A stretch of DNA of 64,000 nucleotides from Peribolospora baueri (lineage: Eukaryota), in contig JAMDHS010000057.1 of assembly GCA_029717555.1 (NCBI GenBank), forward strand, positions 62,001-126,000, read 5' to 3'. Both the position numbers and the translations under genes were made by a program. Shown here in pieces: positions 38,401 through 50,528 of this stretch. A model generated the notes under the pieces. That model did no database searches, was not told where the DNA came from, and saw only the letters and a program-made list of their open reading frames with translations. Within the stretch, counting starts at the first letter, position 1; each line of letters begins with the position of its first letter.

Positions 38401-40438
38401 GCCCGTGCGATGATGCAATTTCGCCGCGTTCGTGCCCGCCGTTCCGGCGCCCTTTGGTCCGGGCCAAGCGCTGGGATCGGTGAGCCACGGCTTGGGAGGG
38501 GGGACGGGCTTGAAATCATCGTCGTCGTCCTCGGCGCCGGGGCGGCTAGCAAAGTCTATACTTTCGCGGAGGCTGGGGCCCTCATGCGGACGACTTGTCC
38601 AGTCCACGCTGTGCGTCGCAAGGAGATGCCTCTGCGCCGCATTCGGATACACGCTCGGGGCACCGGAGGAGATGGGGAGTGGCAAGTCATTGCGTGCTCG
38701 GGGCGACGCGGGCTGCGAGTAGGCCTCTGCCACCTCATCGTCCATCTCGCTCGGTGGAGGAGGCAGCTTGAAGCCTTCCGGAAGATCGAGGCCCGAAAGG
38801 AGGACTGGTCCAGACGGCGCGGACGAGGGCACGGGCTGTGGGGGCGCGGAGCGGTCGGCGTCGGCATCGGCGACCGATGCGTTTGCTCCCTCGTTGTGCA
38901 ATGGCTCTCCGGCGGCCCTAGCGAGCTCGGCCCACTCGCGCTCGACGTCCTTGAGAAAGATGGCGTGGTCGACGGCACTGTGCTCTCCTTCTTCGGGCGG
39001 CTTGGTGGCCGAGGGGGAAGAGGAAGAGAACAGACTCATTGCTCGACCCATCCTTGAGATAGTGGAGAACGGTGGGACGCGCCCGCCACCGCCCTTACTG
39101 GCAGACGACGCCGTCCCGGCAGCGGCTGTGGCCATCGTAGCAGCAGCCTCGCCCTGACCACCGATGAAAGCGCTATGCCTGTTCGCGTGAGGCTCTCCTT
39201 GCCACGCAACGCTGGCACCTCCATCCAAATCGGTCTGGCTGTGTTCCGCGCCGGCTAAGAGTCCCCAAGCCCTGCTGACGGCGTTAGGGCCGAGGGACGA
39301 ATAAGACGCCTGTCGACCGAGGATGCGCTGGCGGAGAGAAGACGGAGGCGACCGCGAAGGGGAAGTTTTCAGGGCGACGGGAGAGGAGGACCTGGAGCGA
39401 ACGGCTGCCGATGGGGTGGGCTCCTCCTGCGGTGCGCGAGCAGACGCGGCGCGCGAAGACGACTCTTCATCATCCTCTCCTCCTTCTCGAGAGGAGAGGT
39501 CATCCTCGTCGAGCAAGTCCGGCGACTGCCTCCGTCTTCCCGTTTTCTCCTCGCTCCTTTCTATGTCCTCCTCCCCGAGGGAAGGGTCAGAAGACACGGG
39601 CAGCGCGGCGGCCAACAAGCTGCCCCGCCTACTGCCTCCGTCGGCAGACGCCGCGCCACCAGGTGTCGGTGCGGTGGACCATCTCAGACGCTGCAACTCG
39701 GCGTCTCTCACCTTCTGCGCATACGTCCTCGTGTCCTGTTGTTGTTGCTGCTGCTGCTGCGGTTGAAGTTGCTGGGGTTGCTCGGGAGACGGGCCGAGGT
39801 GGACAAAATTGGGCGGAGGGGTGGAAGAGACTACGGGGAGAATGATCTCTGGCGAAAAGAATTCATCTCTCCGCCCCTCTTCACCGCCGTCTCCTCCTCC
39901 GTCGTCCGCGGCGTTCTCGTCACCGCCTCGGAGCTCCTCCACGGCGGGCCCGAAATGGGAAGACCGACGGGGAGAGCTAGGTGCGGTAGCGACGCCAGCC
40001 ATGCCAAATCCACCCACGACGCCGCGCGGGGTCGTCACGGTCGGCGCCGCCCCACTACTACCGCCGCCGCCGAGAGGCGAAGGGGCGACCGGTCGAGCCT
40101 TGTTGAAGCCAGTCCAGCTGTCGCTCCTCCCTCTCCCTGAATCCGGGCCGGCGCCCATCGCTGCAGGGCCTTGATTGTCCTGGCCCACCGATCCCACGAT
40201 CATCGATCCAGGCCTCGGCCTGCTTGATAGCGTGGGCGTGACGCTCCTTGTCCCCGTCACCACAGAAGCCCTATTCCTCAACTCGGCCTCCAGAAGCGCG
40301 AGTTCCTCTTTCCGCGCAATAGTCCCTGCAGCACCGATGAGCGAGGAGGCGGCGGAGCCGCGTCGGTCGGTGAGGGCGAGAGCGACTCCGTCGACGAAGC
40401 CAGCGTCGGCTTGCTGCTGGTGCTGGTGCTGCTGCTGC

Positions 40439-40523
<85 letters not shown>

Positions 40524-42801
40524 GCTGCTGCTGCTGCTGATGTGAACCGGCACCTGCACCTGGGCCAACGGAGGGGTCGACCAACACGGAATTGGAACGC
40601 GCCGCGGCGGCCTGCCTGAACTTGGCCACTCTGATGCTGCTCCCGCTGCCGCCACTGCCGTCGCCCCCCGCTCCTGGTCCTGCCCCAGAGGTGGGCGTGA
40701 CCCTCCCATCGCTGCCATATGCGTGTGCGTGCGTGTGTGCGTGTGGAAGAACAGAAGCAGCAGCGGGAACAGAAGCAGAAGGGGACGTCTCTACACCCGC
40801 ACCTCCGCTTCCACCCTCCTCCACACCCACCCCCTCCCCCTTCCTCGCTCTCCTCCACGCCTTCCTTTCCCTCTCCCTCACCCTCTCCATTTCCTCCTCC
40901 GCGAGCCGCTCCAACAGGCTCCCCGAGCTCAAGCTCCTCCCCACTGCAACTCCTGTTCCCGCAGCCGCGGGTGATGAAATCGAAGGAGAAGAAGAAGAAG
41001 GGGGAGGAACCACTCTGCGGAAGGAGCGGAGCTCGAAGGAGGAGGAGAAAGGCTGGGCAGCGGGGTCGGAAGGCGCATCCGAGAGAGACCGAGAGGACAT
41101 AGGGGAGAGGCCAGGTCTGCGCTTGTCAGCCGAGGGGCCTCGGGCGGAAATGGGCAGTGTGGCAAAGGTCCTCGGCGAGGAAGCTGCCGCGGGAGTGGTG
41201 TAGAGCGATGACGAAGAAGTGGAGGAGTGAGCGCCGCCAGACGGTGGGGGGGCTCGCAGCTTGTCGCGCGAGGAGCCAGAGCGGAGGAAGGAGAAACCGC
41301 GTCGGGTCGATCTGGCCGGCAGGCTCGCCGTCACGTTCGTGGACGTCATGGGAGGGGCAAAGTCGGGCGGCGCGACGCCTCCCATGCCGACATTCGCAGA
41401 TGGCCCTTTTCTGTCCTCGCTCACGTCCCCACCTCCTTCTCCTTTCCTCGGCCCATCGCCCGCCTCCGCGATGGAGAGCGGACTGGAGGCGCGAAGAGAC
41501 CCGTCGGCGAACTGGCCACTTCTTCTAGCCCCAGCGCTGCCCGCGCTGCTCCTCCCGCTCTCCGCGCTCGCCCGCGTCGCGGAGGCAGCGGCGGAGACGG
41601 CACCGTCGGGGCCAAACTCGAAAAGCTGTCTGCGAGAAGGGGGCGGGGTGAAATCTTCTGGGTGAAGGACGGGAGAAGAGGGCGTGGCGAATGCCAGGTC
41701 AGAGGTCGACGGCTGTTCATTGTCCGTCGCCTCGCCCCGCAGGCGCTCTTCCGGCTCTCCGTCGCCCCCTCGTCCGTCTTGGACTCTCGCAGCTTCAGCT
41801 CCAATGTCCGGCTCGCCATGCCGCTCATCTTCCCTGACGCCGCCGCCGACAGTCCGTTCAGCTCCGACGACAACCGTGGCAGGGATCGCAGCAGTGGAAG
41901 ACACGAGGTCCAATGAGCTCGTAGAGGCGGCTGAGTGGGAAGCGCGTTTGAAAGGGTTTCGGATGCGCGAGGCTCGTCGCGGCGGAGGAGCGTTGGAGAC
42001 GACCTGGAGCTGCGCTTGATGATATGTGGATTGGACGGTTGTGGAAGGCGGACCCGAGGAAGCTGAAGAGCCGGCCGCCGCGGGCTCCTTCGATTCTCCA
42101 TCACCGCCACCGCCGGAGGACAGCCAACTCCTGGGTCTTTTACTCAAGCTCCTGGATAAGCTCAAGGTCCTGTTCCTCTGCCCCTTCTCCGCAGCCGCGG
42201 TTTCCTTCCGAGTCGAATCAATAGCATCTCCACCCCAGAGGACGCCGTCGGCCTCGCCGTGCAGATGCGTGAGGTTGGCCGGAGTGGCGATGGGCGGCGC
42301 TTTGAAGGGGTCGCCGTCGTGCTCGCCTAGGGAGATCATCGAGCTGCTCGATCGTGGCACTCCGGAGCCGACAAGGCGGGGATCGTCGGAAGGAGACAGC
42401 AGGCCAGGGGAGGTGGAGACGGGGGAGGAAGCGGCGGGGAAGGCGGCGTAGGCCGCGCCAGTGTCGAGAGGCTGTATGGGAGGGGCGGTTTTGGGTACTT
42501 TGCGTAATCCGTGTTTGTCTTTGGCTTTGTTCCTGGACCTGAGTGAGTAGGAGGATGCGTTGCCGTGGTGGGTGGGAAGGACGAGCGAGGGCAATTGGGG
42601 CCTGTCCTTGCCCTTGTCCTTGTCCTTGCTCTTGCTCTTGCCTTTGACGCTGTCCTGGGCTCGCACTGCATTCTCCTTGCTGCCTGTCGTCGTCGTCTTT
42701 CCCAAGTCGCCCTTCTCCTTGTCGGCCGTCGTGCCGCGGCCATCGTCAAGAAGGACGACGGGGTCCCTGCTGGACTTGCGTATGGAGAAGAGCTTGGGCA
42801 T
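35482..42801 (-). CDS. Large intronless low-complexity (S/P/A/G-rich) protein with polyQ, 2439 aa, unknown function
   Basis: 7.3-kb uninterrupted ATG-to-stop ORF, far beyond chance. No recognisable globular domain. Confidence 0.85.
40429..40539 (-). repeat. Coding trinucleotide repeat (CAG)5(CAA)28(CAG)4 = Q37
   Basis: Counted directly from the TTG/CTG run on the plus strand, in frame with the 2439-aa ORF. Confidence 0.95.
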
Positions 42802-43093
42802 GGTGAGCGGGCGGCTGTGCGAGACGGGCGGGAGACTTGTGTGAAAGAGCGACGAGTCGGGTTGGCGGGGGCGGGGACGGAGATGCGAGGTTGGAAAGAG
42901 AGACGATACAGCGAAAAGGGCGCTCAGAGTGAAGCAGGTATATCCATGGGTGTCAGTGGGAGATGCGAAGGGAGGAAGAGGAAGAGGGAAGGAGAGAAAG
43001 AAGGAGAAGAAGCAAAGGCGATGGCGGTGGACGCTGCGATGACGCGACGACGTCGCCCGACGACTTCACGGCGTCGCCTCCACCAATTCTACC

Positions 43094-43132
43094 ATCACGT
43101 GACAACATAAAACAGTTCTGAAAGCACGTGAT
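43094..43132. promoter_or_regulatory. Paired ATCACGTG E-boxes upstream of the 2439-aa ORF
   Basis: ATCACGTGAC at 43094-43103 and CACGTGAT at 43125-43132, about 300 nt upstream of the ATG at 42801. Confidence 0.4.
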
Positions 43133-43643
43133 TAATTTCATCTGGGAACCGCTTCTTGTGAAACGGGGCCCAAGCGCAGACACGAGCGTTGGAATGGGAT
43201 GAGAGGGAGAGAGAGTAGGAGCAGGAGTGGGTACATCTGAACACGGGGAAGACCGCCTTCCATCCGCCCAGCCCATCCCACCCGCCAAGGAGGTGTCGAT
43301 GAACGTCGGTCTGCCAAGGAGAATTGGCCACCTTCTTCGACGCCTTCCTACGGCCCACACCTGCTGGCCACGCTCGGTCGCTTGGCACCCCCCATTGTTG
43401 CTCTTCATTTCACCAGCATCGACCTGTTCTCTCCCTCCGTCCTTCCGTCTGCCTTCGGAGCAGTATGATCCTCCGCTTTCCCGTCTCCTCAGGAACCCCA
43501 TTCTCCTCCGTAACCGGCCCCGCTTACCAGAACCCGAAAAAAAAGCCTCTCACACCCTCGCAGCCATTCGCCCAGGTAAACGCTCGTCCGGCGCGTGGCG
43601 TATGAAAAGGGGACCGAGTTCACATTGCATTGCAGAGAATCGT

Positions 43644-46600
43644 CTATCGGTTCTGCTGCAACAGCGCCACCTCCCTCTTCAGCTCCTCGTTGTCCGCCAT
43701 CACCCTCGCCTTGGCCTTCTCCAACGACTTGGTATACTGAGCCAGCTCCTGCAGCTTGCCCTGCGTCTCCGATAGCTGTCGGTCCGTGTACCGCTTGGCC
43801 TCCTCGAGGACGTGGACGTGCTCGACGATCGTCTTGTTGTTCCGCATTGTGCTTGCCCGCTTCAGGTCGCTCTGTGCCGATGAGGGAGACGGACGGTCCA
43901 AGTCAGCACCACCTCCTCACCAGTCCGTCGTCCGTTCAACGCCGGCGACGACGACAACCGACAACTCACTTCGTACAACGTCACCGTCTGGACGAGCTCC
44001 GCGACCTGCTCGTGCGCCTTGCCCAACTCCTCCTCCAGCTGGCCCACCTGTCGTCGCCGGTCCGCGTCCATCCCGTCGAGCTTCGCTTGCCACTCCTGAT
44101 CCAACATGGACGCCCGTTCCTGAGCTCGCCGAACGTCCTCTTGCTTGGCCATGATCCTCCGCTGAATCGGTAAGAAGATGATCCGATTGAGCACCGTCAC
44201 CGTCACCGTCACCGCTCTCGCTCACACAGCTACTCTCCCGCCACTCACCTCGGCTTCGGCTAACGTCCACCGCGATTCTTCATTCGCCTTGACCACCTCC
44301 TCTTCCAGCCGTCCCACTTCGCGCCTCGCCGCCTCCTTCGCCCGCGATTCGGCATCAACCTTGGCTTGCAGCTCATCCGTCCTCCTCTGCCACTCCGTCT
44401 CGAGTTTGCGCTGCAGCTCCGCCAGAGCCGTCGCCGTACGCTTCTGAGATTCAGCGTCGAGCTGAGCCCGAACCTCGGCCACGGCGTCCGCCATCCGTTT
44501 TCTCGAATCGGCGTCCAGCTGCGCCTGCAGCTCGGTCCGCGCAACGGAGGCTCGTTCCTCGACGCGCCGCAGATCTGCCTCATTCTCCATCACCTTCTGC
44601 CTGAGCTTCCGCTGAGATGGAAAACGTGTTGACGATAAAGATTCAGCCGCACCGGTCCAACGCTCTTTCAGAAAGGGCTCGCCAAACGCCAGAACTCACC
44701 TCGGCTTGAGCAACGTCTGCCCTAAGCGCGTCCACTTGTCGGTTCGCCTCCGCGGCCCGCTGATTCGTCTTGGCCATCTCGTCCTCGAGCCGCCGGGCCT
44801 CCCGTTTCGCCACCTCCCCGTCCCGAGATTCCGCATCGAGCCTGGCCTGAAGCTCGCTCGCTCTCTGCGACTCCGCTTGCAGCCGTCTCTCAAGCTCATC
44901 CGTCCGCGCCTGCCACTCCGTCTCCAGCTTGAGCTGAAGCCCGGCGAGCGCCGTCGCGGTACGCTTCTGTGACTCCGAATCGAGCTGGGCGCGAAGATCG
45001 GCAAGGGCAGCGGCTGTTCGGCTCTGCGATTCCTCGTCGAGCTTGGTCTGGAGTTGGGAAAGGGCTGTTGCCGACTGATGTCGCACACGTCCAAGGCTCT
45101 CCTCGTGCTCCGCCAACTTCCGCTGATATTAGAAGAGAAAACAATGATGGACTCAACACACGCACTTCCATCCGATCGCTCACGCCTTATTCGACTCACC
45201 TCGTGAAGGCTCGCCGCGCGCCTAAGCTCCTCCACCAGTTGGTTCGCCTTCTCGGTCTGCTGGTTCGCCTCGGCGACCTGCTGATTCGCATCGGCCACCC
45301 ACTGATCCGCCTTGGCCAACTCGTCCTCCAACCTCACCACCGCCCGCTGCTCCGCCTCCTTCGCCTTGGCCTCTGTCTCGAGCTTGGCCCGAAGCTCCGC
45401 CACCTCGCCCTCGAGCCCCACCATCGCCGCCTCTTTGCTCTGAGACTCGGCGTCGAGCTTAGCCCGGAGCTCGGCAAGCGTGACCTCGGACCGCTTCTGG
45501 GCGTCGAGGAGCGCGTCGAGCTGGCCGTCCACGACCTCGAGGTCGCGCTCAAGCTCTGCGATCTGCTCCTCGAGCTGAGCTTGGCGCTCGAGCGATCGAG
45601 CGAGCAACTGTTCCTTGTCCCGCACCAACGCCCTCTCTGCGCTTAGCTCCTCCTCCACCTTCCTCTTGTCTGACTCGGAGCGCATCCGCAGCTCCTCGAG
45701 CGCCTCGCGTTCCTTCATGTCCCTCTCCGCCCGCTCCTTCGCCAGCGCCAGCTCGACCTCCTTGGCCCTCAGCTCATCGTCGGTCCGAGTGGCGTTGAGC
45801 AAGGGCCGTATCTTGGTGTACAAGCTCCACCACGGCCAATCCTTGAGCTCTCCGTAAATCCGCGCGTTGCGCTGGATCGTCCGAACGGCAGCAGCGCGGT
45901 GGAGAACCTTCATGATCCGCCTTCTCGCGGCGAACATGCGCGCGGCGGCCTGGAAGCGCGAGAAGATGTCGAATAACCGGCCGTCCCTGCGCTCTTCCAT
46001 GTCGGCCAGCACGCCGGCCTTGAAAAAGATTTTGCTGGTACCGATTTTGAACGTCGCAGGGTCGAGGTCGAGGGCTTGCACGAGGCGTTGACACGCCTTG
46101 CGGCCGTCCATGTACCCCTTCGGGATCACGCCGGGCGTGAGGACCTCGTACCGGTTTCGAAACTCGGCGAAAGGGACGCGGTTCGGGTAGCCGAGACGGG
46201 CGATGCGGATGCCCTCCAAGACGCCATTGCACCTCAGCTGGTCCAGCACGAGCGGCACGTCGATCCGCCCTGGCTTCTTGTCCGGGTTGGGAACGATGCA
46301 TCGGACAAAATGGGGCTGCGTCGCGTTGAGCTGAGCCATGAGACTCGACAGCTGCTCCTTGTGGCGTTGACCGACAGTCCTGAACGCGCCGCGCTTGACG
46401 CGCCGCTTGGGCGCGCCGTTGAGCATGTTCGACGGCTCGAAGGGTAGCCCGTCGGCGTCGGCGTACTCGGCGAAGAGGCCTGCGACGAAGCGTTCGGACG
46501 ATTCGGCGAGGACGCGAGTGAGGTTGTCGTTGAGCGGGTCGCGGTTCTTGTCGAGCCAGCCGTCGGTTCGGTACTCGACGCTGCCGGCGTAGTGCTTGAT

Positions 46601-49173
46601 GGTGAAACCGCGAGAAAAGCGTGAGAGGTTGAACTTGGCGGAGCCATCGGCGAGGGTCCTCTCCACGTCCGAGGCCGCCGACGGATCTTTCAGAGGCGGA
46701 AGTCCGGACCACATCTTGGCCATCTTCTCGGTAAAAGTGGCGTCGGTGGCCTTGGGCATGATGCACTCTTCGTCGAGGCAGGACAAGATGCCGATCGGGT
46801 TGGTGCTCTCGATGAGGTCGATCGTTGGCTGAAGGTCGAGGCCAAAGTTGACAAAGTCCCACTCAATGTTCTCGCGGGCGTACTCCTCCTGCTCGAGGAC
46901 GAACATGTGGTGATTGAAGAACTGCTGGAGCTTTTCGTTGGTGTAGTTGATGCAGAGCTGCTCGAAGCTGTTCGTCTCAAAGATCTCAAAGCCGGCAATG
47001 TCGAGGACGCCGATGAACGTGCTCTTGCTGTTCGGCCGGTCGAGAGCGCGGTTGACGCGCTCGACGAGCGAGCCAAACGTCTTTTCGTACAGCGTCTTGC
47101 ACAGCGCCGCCATCTCGTCGAGGACCTGCTTCTTCGTTCTCGCCTGCGTCACCCACTCCCGCCCTGCTTTTACCCGTGGTCGCGTGAGCGCCTTGGTGAA
47201 CTCTTGCACGGGCAGTCCGAGGATATGGCAAACCTTCTCAACCTGGGAGTGGTTCTTGATCTGCGCCTGGTCCGAGCGATCGTCCTTGAGGGTGATATTG
47301 CCGATGTGAAGGATGGCGGCAACGACCTTGAAGAGATCGCGTTGTTCCTCGGACGAGAAGCCGACGGTGTCGAGGGCGCTCTGGTAGACGTCAAGAGGGC
47401 GGACGGGATAGGTGACATCAGCGTCGAGTCCATCGCCAAAAAACGGAACGGAGGGAACGTACAATCAAAAGCGTCCACTCTTGTCGATCGTCGACGCCAT
47501 CGACGTCGCGACGGGTATTTTTAAGATACTCGAAGACGTCGATACCCTCGTCGAGGAGCAGGTCCTCTGTTCGGATCCGTCAGTCAGAAGGAGTGATCGG
47601 ATGAGCGCACTGCCGGCATGACGAAAGGGGCGACGACGAGCGGATCGCCCGTCCCATCCTGTCCACTCACTCAACAGGGCCGTGTCGCCGCTCCTAAGCA
47701 GCTGGTAGAACACGTGGAAGCTGCGCTCGTTCTCGCTCCGGTTCGTCACGCGCGACTTTTCCAAGAGGTACCAATCGATGTTGGCGCCCGCTATGGCGCC
47801 CATCGAGGTGAACTCTATGCGAATGAACTTGCCCTGCGGCGAAAAGGGGAGAGGGAGGGGGGAGGGAAGGGAAAGGTCAGCGGAAGTGGGCGTCGAAAGG
47901 GGTTGCTGCGAGATACAACTCACGAATCGGGAAGAATTATTGTTCCTGATGGTCTGCGCGTTTCCAAACGCCTCCAGAATGGGGTTAGCCTGCAGGATTT
48001 GTCGCTCTAGCAAGCCGAGCCTCTTGGCGGCGACGGCCTCGACGCCATTGAACGAGTCCTGTACGCTTCGCACCGACGTGCTCCGTACGAGGCCTCCGGG
48101 GCGGTCGGCGGCGTTGAGCGAGTGAGAAGAAGAGGAGGAGGAGGCTGGGTCGACGGCGATGGCGGCGAGGTATTGGATCACTTTCTTCGTGTTCTCCGTC
48201 TTTCCTGCGCCGGATTCTCCGCTGTTCGAGGGGCAGAACAAGTTGGCGAGATGGTCCGTTAGCCATGGAAAAAGTGCAGGACGTCGGTAGATGCCGTGCC
48301 GAGCTGCGTTGCGCATGAAAAGCTCACGTAATTAGCAAGCTCTGGTTCTCCCTCGCCTCGAGCATGTTCCTCATGGCTTCATCGGCGACAGCGAACACGT
48401 GAGGCGCGTTCTCCTCTCTTCGACGACCCTTGTATGCGCTGACAAAGGCGTCGGTGTAGATGGGCAGGGTATGGTAGGGGTTGATGGCGACGAGGAAGAG
48501 ACCGGAATATGTCTGAAAGGCAACCCAAGGTGTAAGGGAATGAGCACGGCGACAGCGCCCCCAGCGCCCATTTCGTCGGCCTCCGGCCACCGACTCACGT
48601 AAATGAGGCCAGAGAAATAGCGCTGGCGGAGGTTGTGAACGACGGAAGGCTCGTTGAGGAAGGTCAGGTCGGCGATGTCCTCCACCTTGTCAAACTTGGG
48701 GGGGTTCATCTTGGAGAGGAGGGAAAGGGGGACGGATTTGATCTGGTGGAGGAGGGGGAAGGAGAAGGTCAGTTGAGTTGGACGGTAGTCGAGGTGTCGA
48801 CCGTCTTCATGCGTCCCGTCCCGTCTCAAGTCCTCTAGACCGATTCCGTGTCCAGTTCTCCAGACCGTCCACCAACAGCCAACTCCCGACTCACCTGGCC
48901 GTCGACCAACTGCACCACACCGACCTGTCCTTCGCCCGCGCCCTCCTCCCGAACGACCCATCCGGCAACGTAGCCCTCCCGCTCGTCCGGCGCCCACACC
49001 CACCTCTTCTCGTTGAACTCGGCCTGCGCCGCCGCGTCCGCTGCCGCTGCCGCTGCCGCCGCCGCAGAAGCGCCTGGCCCGGGGCCAGGGCGTGCGGAGC
49101 GGCGCTGGGAGAGGAGGGAGGGGTGGGAGAGATCGGAGAAGGAGGTGGACTTTGTGCGGACGAGGTTGTCCAT
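43644..49173 (-). CDS. MYO1: Class II (conventional) myosin heavy chain (S. cerevisiae MYO1 / S. pombe myo2 type), 11 exons, about 1519 aa
   Basis: [20 protein letters not shown]-loop [17 protein letters not shown], switch I NNNSSRFGKF, switch [23 protein letters not shown] region and [14 protein letters not shown], then a coiled coil. Exons: 49173-48895, 48742-48599, 48512-48328, 48221-47924, 47833-47671, 47566-47463, 47380-45200, 45122-44700, 44611-44249, 44161-43970, 43871-43644. Confidence 0.96.
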
Positions 49174-49742
49174 AGTATCGTGGTGGGCGGCTGGCCTGGC
49201 GTGCGTCCGTGCGTCTATCTGTAAGTCGGTATGGTATGGTATGTCTGTCTGTGTGTCTGTCCGTCCGTCTGTGCGGCGTGGTATAATCTGATCGAATATG
49301 ATCTGTTCTGGTCTGGCGTGGTCCGTCAGAGGTGATTGTCGAGTTGCGATCGATTGGCCTGCAGGGGTGGAGTAGATGTTGGCCGTCGGTCGGTCGTCTC
49401 GCGTCGTGTCGTGTCGTTTCGATTCGTTCGTTTCGTCTGTTTCGTCCGCCTCCGGTGGCCGTTCTGGTGCGGCAGCTGGCTGGCAGGGGACCGCGTGGGT
49501 GTGTGGTGGAAGAAGTAGGGATAGGAGGAAGAAGAAGAAGGGCGTATGGTGGTGGGAGGAGTGCAAGTATGTATGTACAGCAGGACGATGCGATGCGATG
49601 CGATGCGATCCTCGTCGAGCCGACTCGCTCGTTCACCTCGTCAGGGGCCCGACGCGCCGGAGACACGCGCGAAGCCACGTGGAACGCCGCAGCCGCAGTT
49701 GGCGCCACGTGCGCAGACGCGTCGGCGGACGGAGGATGGATA

Positions 49743-49785
49743 ATGGATGGATGGATGGATGGATGGATGGATGGATGGATGGATG
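49743..49785. repeat. (GGAT)n microsatellite upstream of myosin
   Basis: About 10 tandem ATGG copies. Confidence 0.9.
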
Positions 49786-50528
49786 AAGGCATGACCGGAC
49801 CTATGGCATATTCTTTTCCTGCTCGAGGGCACGACGGACAGACGGATAGACGGATCGAGAGAGAGAGAGATGGATGGATGGACGCATGGACGAGTGGCGC
49901 ATGGACGAGTGGACCGATGGACGTACCTACACTACAACCTCGAGCCTCTACAACGCCACGGTGCAACACGGGCAAGCGAATCGCTCCACCATCCCTGCGC
50001 CAGCTTACCATTCGTCACGGAGCGAGTGCCGAAACAGCCCGCGACGGCTCCGGCTCACACAAATATCGGACAGACGGACAGACGGACAGACGGAACAGAC
50101 GGAGGCCGGGTTGACTGGGAGTGAAAAAGAGAGGAAAGGAAAATAAAAGAAGAGGGACTGCACGGTGCAGCACACGGTGCGGATCCCCGCTCTGAACGTA
50201 TGATAGACACCTCTGACCAGAGCGAGCAAAGCCAGCCAGCCGAGCCAGATCAGACGGACGGACGGAGTATATATGTACCGGAAGAAGGACTGAGGATGCT
50301 GGGCGCTGAGTGAAGCGAGATGAAGAGATCACGCCGGTCTCGCCGGTGGACGACCAAAAAGCAGGAAAGAAGGAAGGAAGGAGCACGCAAGGTGACACAC
50401 GAGCGAGCGAGCGAGGCCACGTTCGAGCTTCGAGCTCGCAGAAAAGGCCGAACAAACGACAACGAAGCGGCGGGAACGAGCGGTGGGATGGGATGGGAAC
50501 GCAAACCCGGTCGAATCGAGCTCTCGGC

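Noticed and set aside
40175..40858. Poly-Cys, poly-Thr and poly-Asn ORFs
   Set aside because: Alternative-frame and antisense shadows of the CAA/CAG polyQ repeat.
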